IMG/VR virus record: IMGVR_UViG_3300015207_000448
Strand: one strand, 5' to 3'
DNA from: a virus
Lineage: Duplodnaviria > Heunggongvirae > Uroviricota > Caudoviricetes
DNA length: 15,945 nt
Shown here: one piece after another, positions 1 through 8,271 of the stretch
Layout of the letters: each line of letters starts with the position of its first letter
Numbering within the stretch: position 1 is the stretch's first letter
Notes under the pieces: model-generated
Seen by the model: only the letters and a program-made list of their open reading frames with translations
The model's database searches: none
Told to the model about the DNA's origin: nothing
Made by a program: the position numbers and the translations under genes

Positions 1-465
1 TTTGCCCATATTATCAAGTTCGATAAACAGGTCATTTGAATGACTTGATACCATCAGCACATCAATATTCCCTTCCATAAAGTTGGTATGATTAAGAAGT
101 GGACATCCATGAGCCTCAATCCATTCCATTACGGCGATTGTACCACATCCAGTTCCGGACAGTTTGATATTCTTGCCAGCATAATCAGGATTAGATTGCT
201 TCTTAACCCCAATCATTATCTCGCCAGTAAATTCACACGAAAGACCGGCTATAAATCCACGAGCATTTATAATGTATTTATCCGTTTCTACCGACTTTTT
301 CATTATGTCAAGAACCTTAGTCAAGTCTTGCTCACCATATTTGAATGAACCTTTGAAACCATATATGGTATCAAATTTTGCACGTCCCAAGTCAGTCATT
401 ACTAACTCATTGAACTCACTACCCTCCAGCATTATAGCGGAGGGAATAATGTCTTTTAACTTCAT
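1..465 (-). CDS. Hypothetical protein, 3'-truncated by the window edge (MKLKDIIPSAIMLEGSEFNELV...)
   Basis: Manual translation gives an open frame from ATG at 465 to position 1 (155 codons). It is absent from the ORF track because no stop lies in the window. It is co-oriented with the neighbouring array. Confidence 0.8.
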   Translation of the reverse strand, partial: MKLKDIIPSAIMLEGSEFNELVMTDLGRAKFDTIYGFKGSFKYGEQDLTKVLDIMKKSVETDKYIINARGFIAGLSCEFTGEIMIGVKKQSNPDYAGKNIKLSGTGCGTIAVMEWIEAHGCPLLNHTNFMEGNIDVLMVSSHSNDLFIELDNMGK

Positions 466-469
466 AGCG

Positions 470-592
470 TTATTGTTTGTTGATTGCGGAGAAGGCGGTC
501 ACGATAACCGCAACTGTTTGTTTATGGTTCCCAGATGCTTCTTTACCCTCCAGACCTTGTGGCTTTCCCGGTACAATCTCGAAAGAATCCAT
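470..592 (-). CDS. Possible 40-aa small protein (MDSFEIVPGKPQGLEG...)
   Basis: ATG at 592 to TAA at 470-472 fills the gap between two co-oriented genes and ends 4 bp before the next ATG. Confidence 0.35.
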   Translation of the reverse strand: MDSFEIVPGKPQGLEGKEASGNHKQTVAVIVTAFSAINKQ

Positions 593-634
593 ATTGTTAG
601 CAGCATTTCCCAACAAGTATCATCTCCTGTGTAA

Positions 635-913
635 TTATGCAATTTCCTTAAAGAATATTGGGTATTTACCCAGTTCGGCACAGCAGTTGTAATTTGTAAA
701 GCTGAGGACATCGCTATCAAACGAATCGCCCCACCAAACTGCGTGTTCTTTATCAATCGGATATGGAGTGACCCACACCCCATCCACACTGCAAAGACAA
801 GGGAGCAGATAAACTGTCTCCCCAGCCTCATACAGCTTGCGAGCCTGAGTTTTGTTGATTTGCTTAATTCTCTTCTTCAGGCTGTTAGAGAATATCGGTT
901 CCGGATAACGCAT
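635..913 (-). CDS. Hypothetical phage protein, 92 aa
   Basis: ORF track; tightly packed in the leftward array; A-rich start context (AAAATG). Confidence 0.75.
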   Translation of the reverse strand: MRYPEPIFSNSLKKRIKQINKTQARKLYEAGETVYLLPCLCSVDGVWVTPYPIDKEHAVWWGDSFDSDVLSFTNYNCCAELGKYPIFFKEIA

Positions 914-924
914 TTTGTGAATTT

Positions 925-1776
925 TTAAGCAGCCTCTTTCAAATCGTATTCTGCGATAACTTCGGAGATAAGTTCCTCCGTTTCCATATAAAAGCCCCAG
1001 CAGGAGCCAATCTCTTCCCAGTCAAATGACTCAACCTTACGACCATCTGAATAAGTCTTAGTGTATGGTTCCTTCTTTTCCAGAACATAACCTTTGACAT
1101 CCCCCCAAGCCCACATTCCGATACATTTGACTTCTCCGTCAATCACTTTCATAGCTTGTTCTTGCCAAGTTTTGTAGTGGTTGGGAGAAAAACCACAACG
1201 CTCATCGAACATCTTTTTGGTAACATAGGAGAACCCTCTCATGTGATCGCCCTGGGAATATCCACTGGAATTCCATTCTTTTATCACGAAGTCCTTGGCA
1301 CATTCTTGGATGAGGGCCATTAGGTCATCCTCATCCAGTGGCTCCAACAACTCCATTCGGTAGTCATGTTTTTTGAGGTCGGAAGGGTCAATTTCCAAGT
1401 CATTTAGCCATTGCCCCTCATATAGACCATATCCTCGTTTGCCTTGGAGAACCCATTGACGCTGTGAACGGTCGTAGAAGAACCGCAAACCATCCACCTT
1501 GCCAGCTTTGAAATACTTGATGATGTCTTTCTGTTCCACCACTTCAGCAGCTATACGCTGGAGAATATCAGCTACTGAATATTCACGACAGTTGGAAACG
1601 TGTTCTTTCCAGTCGCAGCTCTGACTCAACCAATAGCGTCCGTGTTCCAGATGCTCAAAAATGTGAATTGCACCCATATCCCAATCTTGGACCGGGCAAC
1701 TTGGGTAATCATCGTGGTATATCTTGATGCGATAGTCACCAATCTCTTTGGTTTCTATCAATAAATTATCATTCAT
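925..1776 (-). CDS. Hypothetical phage/MGE protein, about 283 aa
   Basis: ORF 925..1863; start moved to Met30 (1776) to avoid overlap with the upstream gene ending at 1781. Patterns 'YRIKIYHDD..CP..DWD' and 'WAWGDVKGY...SCWGFY' resemble widespread uncharacterised phage proteins. Confidence 0.8.
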   Translation of the reverse strand: MNDNLLIETKEIGDYRIKIYHDDYPSCPVQDWDMGAIHIFEHLEHGRYWLSQSCDWKEHVSNCREYSVADILQRIAAEVVEQKDIIKYFKAGKVDGLRFFYDRSQRQWVLQGKRGYGLYEGQWLNDLEIDPSDLKKHDYRMELLEPLDEDDLMALIQECAKDFVIKEWNSSGYSQGDHMRGFSYVTKKMFDERCGFSPNHYKTWQEQAMKVIDGEVKCIGMWAWGDVKGYVLEKKEPYTKTYSDGRKVESFDWEEIGSCWGFYMETEELISEVIAEYDLKEAA

Positions 1777-1780
1777 AGTT

Positions 1781-2113
1781 TCAGGAATAAGCGAATAAAA
1801 CAAATCTCTTGACATCTTTGAGGTCAAGTGAAAAATCATCCCACTTGAAATCAAGTTCTTCATCAGTGTTCCAATCTCCGTTAATTACTTCGGTCATCAA
1901 TACCGAGGTATCTCCGATAATTCTGAAGAGTGGAGCAAACTGATAGTAGGTTGTGCGGTCAGTCTTGTCAAGATAGACTCTGATACAAGGCTGTTTCTCT
2001 CCTTTGGTGGGAGAATAAGTGCCTTTTCTTGCGGACACATCAGAGATATGAATCCCGTTCTTCTGTTTGATGTTGTCTGCATTGTTGAGGAGTAGAAAAT
2101 CGTAGAAGTCCAT
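1781..2113 (-). CDS. Hypothetical protein, 110 aa
   Basis: ORF track; fits operon packing. Confidence 0.75.
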   Translation of the reverse strand: MDFYDFLLLNNADNIKQKNGIHISDVSARKGTYSPTKGEKQPCIRVYLDKTDRTTYYQFAPLFRIIGDTSVLMTEVINGDWNTDEELDFKWDDFSLDLKDVKRFVLFAYS

Positions 2114-2125
2114 AAGACTCAGTAT

Positions 2126-2839
2126 TTAAGTGTGTCTTGACCATCCATAAGACGGGTCAATTTGGTAGGCAAAATTCTGTTGATAGCCTGTTTCGGGCCA
2201 GCCGTGAAATACTATTCCACCGGCAAGACCTTCTTGACGATTTCGGTATTCGCAGAAAGTGAACTCATTACGTGTCGGATAGTATGTGACTTCATAGAAA
2301 TGATCATCAGCCGTCTTACGATAGTTGCGAAACTCACGCAAAATCTGAATTAAGGTTCTTCCGTCACGGCTCTCTTCGGAACGGAGCATTTCTTTCAGTT
2401 TGCCGAGAGTGATATTCTTGAAGCGGACGGGCATCTTGAAATTTTTGGGAAGCGGACCATTCTTCGCTTTCCAATTCTCGACAACTGGCGTAACTACATC
2501 ACGGATAACTTCACGAGCTGCTTTTTCGGTGGTTTCCTTAACCTCATCCTTAGTGATTAAGAAAATCTTATCACCACCCAGCCAATCAAGATAGGCAGTG
2601 AATGGGTCGGAGCCTTGGGCGTGAGCATATCTGGCAGCCTCATCATTATTGAAGTGCTCATCGTAATCACCAAGTCTGAGCAAGTGAGTATGGCTTTCAC
2701 CCACAATCCACAGCATCGGGAATTTTGACTCATCGGCAGTCTCGATGTAAGGCTTATCGTATTTGGTGAAGTCGCTTTGAAAGCTCTTCATTAAGTCCGC
2801 AACGATATTGGTCATACGGTTGATTATTTTCTCATTCAT
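2126..2839 (-). CDS. Hypothetical protein with a probable DUF4120-like C-terminal domain
   Basis: C-terminal 'GGIVFHG...YGWSRHT' resembles the Bacteroidales DUF4120-type GGLxxHG...GWxxHT ending (recognised from memory). Confidence 0.65.
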   Translation of the reverse strand: MNEKIINRMTNIVADLMKSFQSDFTKYDKPYIETADESKFPMLWIVGESHTHLLRLGDYDEHFNNDEAARYAHAQGSDPFTAYLDWLGGDKIFLITKDEVKETTEKAAREVIRDVVTPVVENWKAKNGPLPKNFKMPVRFKNITLGKLKEMLRSEESRDGRTLIQILREFRNYRKTADDHFYEVTYYPTRNEFTFCEYRNRQEGLAGGIVFHGWPETGYQQNFAYQIDPSYGWSRHT

Positions 2840-3078
2840 AGGAACTTGATTGTTGGGGTGTTGATAACTTGGTGTTCTGCATTGAGAGCGAGCTGCATCT
2901 TTTTTGCACGACGGTCATGCCACTGATGATACACCGAGGTACGAATGTGAAATTTCTTCCACAGCACTTTGATACAAAAGCGGCGATAGTGGCGGCGTGA
3001 GAATTTATAGATGGTTGCGATAAACATAATCGCAAATATCAAAAGTGCTTTGATGAGATTGAAAAGAGGGGTTTTCAT
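2836..3078 (-). CDS. Small membrane-anchored basic protein, about 80 aa
   Basis: Start placed at Met32 (3078) of ORF 2836..3171. Hydrophobic helix LFNLIKALLIFAIMFIATIY followed by an Arg/Lys-rich tail. 4-bp overlap with the next gene. Confidence 0.6.
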   Translation of the reverse strand: MKTPLFNLIKALLIFAIMFIATIYKFSRRHYRRFCIKVLWKKFHIRTSVYHQWHDRRAKKMQLALNAEHQVINTPTIKFL

Positions 3079-3190
3079 ATTGATAAGCGTTTTATTCGTA
3101 TTAGTTGAAGTCGCTCTCAGAATTTTCTTAACGGATGTTAATAATTGAAGTCGGGCGATGTTTTTGAGCACACCGCCCTAATCAATTCAG

Positions 3191-3703
3191 TCAAGCGACC
3201 TTTGCTTTAAGTCCGAGAGCGGTTGCACATTCCTGGGCGTTAGCGGTCTTGATAACCCAGCCTTCGCCACCGGTCAAATGGCTATTGAACACACCTTTGA
3301 ACTGCTCTTTGAGGACTTTGCGGAGAGGCTTGGTATTGCCACGAAGCACCCAGCAACGGTCGTTGTACTTCTCGAACGTCAGACCGAGTTTCTTGATGGC
3401 AGCCGTGTCGGTTATGGCGATGAGAGTATCAGTTTCGCCGGCGGTCTTGGTTTCAGCTTTGGGGGCCTCAGCAGGTTTTGCCTTGGGCGTCTTGTCCTTT
3501 TTGGACTTGGTTTCGGTCTTAGTGGGTGTCGGAGTTGTAGTTTTGGCTTTCCCAGTAGTGGCACTGGCTGCGATTTCTTTATATCGTGCCTCATAAGCGG
3601 ACTGAACCTGCTTGATAAGACCATTGGCAGCAGATTTTAACTCATCAGTTGACTCGTACTGAGCGAATACGCTCTCTAATACGCTTGAAAAATTTATTCT
3701 CAT
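3191..3703 (-). CDS. Hypothetical protein, about 170 aa, with a K/T/P/A linker and a small conserved-looking C-terminal domain
   Basis: Start at Met18 (3703). C-terminal 'WVLRGNTKPLRKVLKEQFKGVFNSHLTGGEGWVI' follows the GxTK..K..LK..gg.FN..L...GW pattern common in phage/plasmid accessory proteins. Confidence 0.75.
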   Translation of the reverse strand: MRINFSSVLESVFAQYESTDELKSAANGLIKQVQSAYEARYKEIAASATTGKAKTTTPTPTKTETKSKKDKTPKAKPAEAPKAETKTAGETDTLIAITDTAAIKKLGLTFEKYNDRCWVLRGNTKPLRKVLKEQFKGVFNSHLTGGEGWVIKTANAQECATALGLKAKVA

Positions 3704-3731
3704 TGTTTTGGATTTTAGAAGTGAAAGAAAA

Positions 3732-3759
3732 AGCCGGCACCTCAGATGAAGCACCGGCT
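3732..3759 (-). terminator. Putative intrinsic terminator
   Basis: AGCCGG (3732-3737) / CCGGCT (3754-3759) stem, followed on the minus strand by TTTTCTTT, just downstream of the gene ending at 3781. Confidence 0.55.
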
Positions 3760-3780
3760 ATTGATTTTGATTTTGGCAGT

Positions 3781-3948
3781 TTAATCCTCTACCAGCGGAT
3801 CGCGCTCATTGAGAATATCCTCGATACCCTCAATTTCCTGACTGAGCAGTTCGATTTCAGCAGTGTCGTTTGACTGCATCATTCGTTCCGCAAGATTGTC
3901 GCGCTTTTCCTCCAATTCGGAGGTGGTCATTGCATCATAGTTTGCCAT
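3781..3948 (-). CDS. Small acidic coiled-coil protein, about 55 aa
   Basis: Start at Met24 (3948), 8 bp after the upstream stop; Glu/Asp-rich helical sequence. Confidence 0.65.
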   Translation of the reverse strand: MANYDAMTTSELEEKRDNLAERMMQSNDTAEIELLSQEIEGIEDILNERDPLVED

Positions 3949-3956
3949 AGTTGATA

Positions 3957-4262
3957 TTAGTTTAGAATGATACGTTTGCGGTTGGTTTTCTTGTTCACCA
4001 CCACAGCGAGGCGGCATTTTGCATCGTGCTTTTTACAGAGATTATATGACTCCACAACGTGTCGGGAAGCCTGTATCAACTCACCATTGTACAGGAAATA
4101 GAACTTGGTCGTTTTGTTCCCCTTGGAGTTGACACTTTCGTCCTCGACTATCTTCACGATTTGGGAGTTATTCACGGGGATTGTGTCGTTTTTGACTTCA
4201 TCGGCAGCATAAGCGGACACAGCAGCCACCGCGAGAATGATTGTGAGAATGAGTTTCTTCAT
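3957..4262 (-). CDS. Secreted/periplasmic hypothetical protein, 101 aa
   Basis: Classical signal peptide MKKLILTIILAVAAVSAYA|ADEV. Confidence 0.75.
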   Translation of the reverse strand: MKKLILTIILAVAAVSAYAADEVKNDTIPVNNSQIVKIVEDESVNSKGNKTTKFYFLYNGELIQASRHVVESYNLCKKHDAKCRLAVVVNKKTNRKRIILN

Positions 4263-4274
4263 CGCTTGGAATTT

Positions 4275-4694
4275 TTAGAGATTTGCACTTGCGTCTGCCA
4301 TCTCAAACTCAGGGTCGGGCATAAAGGTGTACACCTCCAGACCGTCAAAACTGTAATCCTCATTCAGCACCAGGGCGCCGACGAGTTTCTTGCCCTCTTC
4401 GATATAGTTGTGAACCATTTGGAAAGTTTCAAGGTCAACGAGGATTTCACACTCGAAGAGATTTGCGTCGGCATCGTTATAGAGCAGACAATAGGCATCG
4501 TCATACTCATACTCTTCCACCACATATTCAGTGGAAAAGAACATTCCGCTCACTGGGCGGTTTTCAGACGGATATTCCGCAAGAGATGCAGTGATTTCGT
4601 CCTGATACTTCACGAAAGAGGCAGCAACGGCACAGCCGACACCGAGGAAAGCAGCCACACAGCCGACTGCAAGGGTTTTGAGAAGTGATTTCAT
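4275..4694 (-). CDS. Exported or membrane-anchored acidic hypothetical protein, 139 aa
   Basis: N-terminal MKSLLKTLAVGCVAAFLGVGCAVAA signal-like segment; very acidic mature part. Confidence 0.75.
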   Translation of the reverse strand: MKSLLKTLAVGCVAAFLGVGCAVAASFVKYQDEITASLAEYPSENRPVSGMFFSTEYVVEEYEYDDAYCLLYNDADANLFECEILVDLETFQMVHNYIEEGKKLVGALVLNEDYSFDGLEVYTFMPDPEFEMADASANL

Positions 4695-4833
4695 TTTCTG
4701 TTGGATTTTGAAGGGTTAGCGTAATTGATGTACTTGCCACCAGAGCAGGAAGCGACTCTCACAGCCACACGAGGGCGACCGCAGATGTAATAAACTGTTC
4801 TAATCATTTTGTTGAATTTTTATTGGGTTGATA

Positions 4834-5322
4834 TTATTTTTCCATACGGACGGAGTTTGCCAAACGTGTTGACAGACCCATTTTGGGAGCGTTTTTGCGT
4901 GACGGTCTGCGACCTTTGGCAGCATTGAAGATTTCCCTCGCACTCATCTCAGAAAGTGGCTTGGAAGTATCACGACACTCATACGCACTCATCGCTTTTT
5001 CAGCGGTCATATTGACGGAAGTATGCAACACAGTCACTCTTTTCCCCTCAATCACATAGTGGGCACGGAACCGCAAGTTTGCTTGGAATTGAGCGGTCAC
5101 TTTACGGCGCACCTCAGAAGTACGACCGCCGACAGCCCAATTATTCCCGATACGACCCAGCACCACCTTGCGCCGGCGGATGCTGCATTTCCCGATATAT
5201 TCGATTTCTTCACGCTCAAAGTTTTCGGCATTGATATGTGCCTCACTCAAACGCAAAAGCCCAACGCCATAGGCATTGAGTTCAGATTTGGGCATAGAAA
5301 CCCCTTTGAATGATGTTACCAT
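4834..5322 (-). CDS. Basic hypothetical protein, 162 aa
   Basis: ORF track; AAAAATG start context; co-oriented with the array. Confidence 0.7.
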   Translation of the reverse strand: MVTSFKGVSMPKSELNAYGVGLLRLSEAHINAENFEREEIEYIGKCSIRRRKVVLGRIGNNWAVGGRTSEVRRKVTAQFQANLRFRAHYVIEGKRVTVLHTSVNMTAEKAMSAYECRDTSKPLSEMSAREIFNAAKGRRPSRKNAPKMGLSTRLANSVRMEK

Positions 5323-5398
5323 TTTTAAGTGTTTTTGTTTGGTGAGTGTGGGGGACTCGCACCCCCAATGTCGCTAAAGTTCACCCGATAGTTGAGGC

Positions 5399-6019
5399 TT
5401 AGAAATACACCTCAGACTTTTCAATGTTCACGATTTCGCGGACTTCTTTGCCGTCTTTTTCAGCGATGCGAATGATGCAAAGGTCTTCCATCTCTTCCCA
5501 CGCGAGGTCGGACTCCACGCTTTTGTCGTTGTACTTTTTGTAATCACGACCTTGCTTCAGACCGCGCAGAATGATTGCGACAGTCCACTTGTCGTCAGCG
5601 ATTTCGGACAGCATGAAGCGTGAAACGCACTTGCCGTCAATCTTTGCAGCCTCTTCGGGTGTGAACACACGATAGACCGTGCCGTCCTCATCTTTGTACT
5701 TTGCAGGGATATTCTTGAACACACACATTTTCCCCTTTTCGCCCTCAGTCTGCATTGCAGTGTTCCACCCTTTGCGGATAGTGCCGGGGGTGTAGCCCTT
5801 TTTCTGCACTTTGCCGTTTTGCTTGGTCACAGTGAAACGCTCCACGCCCATTGCGCTCATCCACGCCTCCACAGTGAGTCCGTCGCACGAAGCGAGTTTT
5901 TCACTGTACAGCGTCTCGAATTGACGCAGTACCTGCGTGAGTTGCGAGGTCTTGCCGAGGATTTCACGGGTGCCGGCGTTGATTTGCTTTGCGTTGAGAG
6001 TAGTTGCAGAAGTTGCCAT
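5399..6019 (-). CDS. Hypothetical protein, 206 aa, first gene of the leftward array
   Basis: ORF track; no recognisable motif. Confidence 0.8.
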   Translation of the reverse strand: MATSATTLNAKQINAGTREILGKTSQLTQVLRQFETLYSEKLASCDGLTVEAWMSAMGVERFTVTKQNGKVQKKGYTPGTIRKGWNTAMQTEGEKGKMCVFKNIPAKYKDEDGTVYRVFTPEEAAKIDGKCVSRFMLSEIADDKWTVAIILRGLKQGRDYKKYNDKSVESDLAWEEMEDLCIIRIAEKDGKEVREIVNIEKSEVYF

Positions 6020-6944
6020 GATGATTTAGTAACCCCACACGAGAGCGGTTACAACTGCTTTAATTATTAGACATAGTGGGTACGGGGACGCATTGCAATC
6101 CCCTGCGCCGCTTTTACGGACTTACCCTATAAAGTGTTAATTGGATTGTAAAATCTACCAGAACGGGCGTAACTTGTGCTCCTACGCCAATCCGAACACG
6201 CCCACTAAGGGGTACGGTCAGTGCGCTTGCATGGTATGCCTTTACCGCATTCGTGCGCAACCGTTTTTGCACATTTCGGACTTCTTTGCGTTCTATGCTA
6301 TCCGATTGAGTCGTTTCACCCTACAAGTCGGACAAAGGTTTCCCCCGAATGGTCACATTACGCCACTCTTCCCCCATGCGCAGGGGCTTCCGCGCTTTAT
6401 ACGCCCGCACTATTGCGGTTTTTACTCACACACGGATATTTTTGTAACTTAATCATTGAAACGGTTTGCTACTTCGATACTTCACACGTTTTTTGCTATA
6501 TTGCAGTTCATGGAATTGCATAGCATAGACGAAAATTTGCTAAATTTTGCTCACTCATGGAGTCAAGCGGTTTCACTTTTCGCACCTATTGCCAAAGGTT
6601 ACTAAGCATCAATATGTCAAAGTTCTCTTGCAAGTTTTTGAGAGGTTCGGGAGCTAATCCGTTTCTCAAATCTTACACCACAATATTGCAGTGGTCTTTG
6701 GACGGTTACAACACCTTTGGCAAAATTTTTTTTGAAATAGTCCATCTTTTATATCTATTAAGGTGTAAGGCTGTTTGCAAGGTTGTAAGTGATTGATTTA
6801 CAGCAAACTAAAAATCTTCATTTTTCTTGAAAATTTTTTGTGAAAATGGTTATTTTTGTGTTTGGAGAAGGTCTAAAAAAGGTTTAGGGTGTTTTGGAGT
6901 GTTAAACAAATGTTAAAAAATGGAGTTACACATATATATAAAAA

Positions 6945-6972
6945 GGTTTCACTTTCTAAAAATAGTGAAACC
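6945..6972. repeat. Inverted repeat GGTTTCACT-N10-AGTGAAACC
   Basis: Read directly: arms at 6945-6953 and 6964-6972. Confidence 0.85.
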
Positions 6973-7081
6973 AAAATTTCAAAATTGAGCCAAAAGATTG
7001 AAAAACAAGCAATTATCGGCAATCAATGTAGATTAAACACTTTTTAACACTTTAAGTCGGTTTTTCAGTCTAAAAATAGAT

Positions 7082-7106
7082 GTTTCACTTATTGCAAAAG
7101 TGAAAC
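7082..7106. repeat. Inverted repeat GTTTCACTT-N7-AAGTGAAAC
   Basis: Read directly: arms at 7082-7090 and 7098-7106. Confidence 0.85.
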
Positions 7107-7815
7107 CAAAATAAGCCAAAAATGGAGCTAAACATCTGAAAATAAATAAAAAACCGGGGTGGGTGCCTCCCTTGCTCTTCAAGGCAGATGTAAATTTTTC
7201 CCAATTTTCAAATCTCGTTTTTGGTAGTTGTTTTACTGGTAGGATGAGTGCCATCCCAGCTCCACAAAACCCCTTTGAATCGACCCAATTTTCTTCCCAG
7301 AAATCGGCTTCAAACCATCATTTTTAAGCCAAAATCGGCTAAACCCCTGAGCCATCTTAGCTTACCTAATTTACAGCACCTCAGTTCTTTCTCTTAATCC
7401 TGAGAGGTCATCCCAGCCAATTTTCAAAACCGTCTAAAATGCCCCAAATTTCGCCTTTCTCAACCCCAAATGAACAACTACCCATCTTGGCCCACAAAAT
7501 TGATTGTACGGCCTCCTATGGGGCAAATTTGGGCATATTTCATCTCAACGTCCGTTCAGGATATTTGGCAACCATAAAAATTCTTGTTTTTGGCACACCA
7601 GAAACCTCTCAGAACACTTGCCCAAATTTTCCGGGGGCCATTTTTCAAGTCGGTTTTTGGACTGGGGGCGATCGGCGGGGCGAGGCCGGCGGCGGGCGCG
7701 GTCTTATTTGGGAAGGTTTTAAGAATTTCAAAAAAAGAAAAACCTTAAACCTCCTTCCACTCCCTAAAACTTCCCCAACACTTCTTCCAAACATCACAAA
7801 ACAATTTTTGTAAGA

Positions 7816-7919
7816 ATACTGGGATAGGAACTAAGCTCTATTCAAAAAACTCTAAACAGTCTTTTGAAGGTTTGCTGGGAATGAGGGGGAACAGACTTTG
7901 ATAAAGATACTGGGATAGG
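7816..7919 (+). repeat. 13-bp direct repeat ATACTGGGATAGG, two copies
   Basis: Exact copies at 7816-7828 and 7907-7919. Confidence 0.85.
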
Positions 7920-8032
7920 GAGCTACGATTACTAAGAAGTTCTCTGCTTTGGGCGCGCTCGCGTGTGCGCGAGCCACTCGACCGAATTTCCTTTTCGACT
8001 TTAGGAGAAAAGGAATGAGGGAGAGTGGACCC

Positions 8033-8131
8033 TTTCTTTCTATTTTTTCTTTTTATTTATTTTTCTTTTTTTCTTTTTCTGTCGGTTTTTCTTTTTTTCT
8101 GTTTTTTCTTTTTCTTGTTGTTCTTTCTTTC
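8033..8131 (+). repeat. T-rich low-complexity polypyrimidine tract
   Basis: About 100 nt made almost entirely of T runs broken mostly by single C/A/G. Confidence 0.9.
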
Positions 8132-8255
8132 GTGGCCTCCGACCGCCCCAGCCACAAAAACAATGCGCCGAGCTTCACAGCCCAGCGCACTTGTAAACCA
8201 AAATTTGTATGAGACAAAAACTCGTGCTCATTTCATAATAGTCGGTGGAGAGAGG

Positions 8256-8271
8256 AACACTGCTTTCATCA
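8256..8271 (-). repeat. 16-bp motif TGATGAAAGCAGTGTT, copy 1
   Basis: Plus strand AACACTGCTTTCATCA, identical to 8994-9009 and 9610-9625. Confidence 0.9.

Noticed and set aside
5341-5390. tRNA gene suggested by a T-arm-like GGGGG-TGCGAGT-CCCCC
   Set aside because: No acceptor, D or anticodon arms can be built around it.
88-6070. Plus-strand ORFs overlapping the leftward array (e.g. 4059..4688, 3249..3596, 272..634)
   Set aside because: Antisense shadows of a tightly packed, coherent minus-strand gene set.
6075-6420. Group II intron (GTGCG start and GAAA loops on the minus strand)
   Set aside because: No domain V with an AGC triad and no RT/maturase ORF.
7033-7254. 73-aa minus-strand ORF in the intergenic region
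   Set aside because: It runs through the operator-like inverted repeat and A/T tracts, and has no protein-like features.
7200-8000. Hairpin telomere (protelomerase target) for a linear phage-plasmid
   Set aside because: No long perfect palindrome is present, and the recombinase is far shorter than telomere resolvases.
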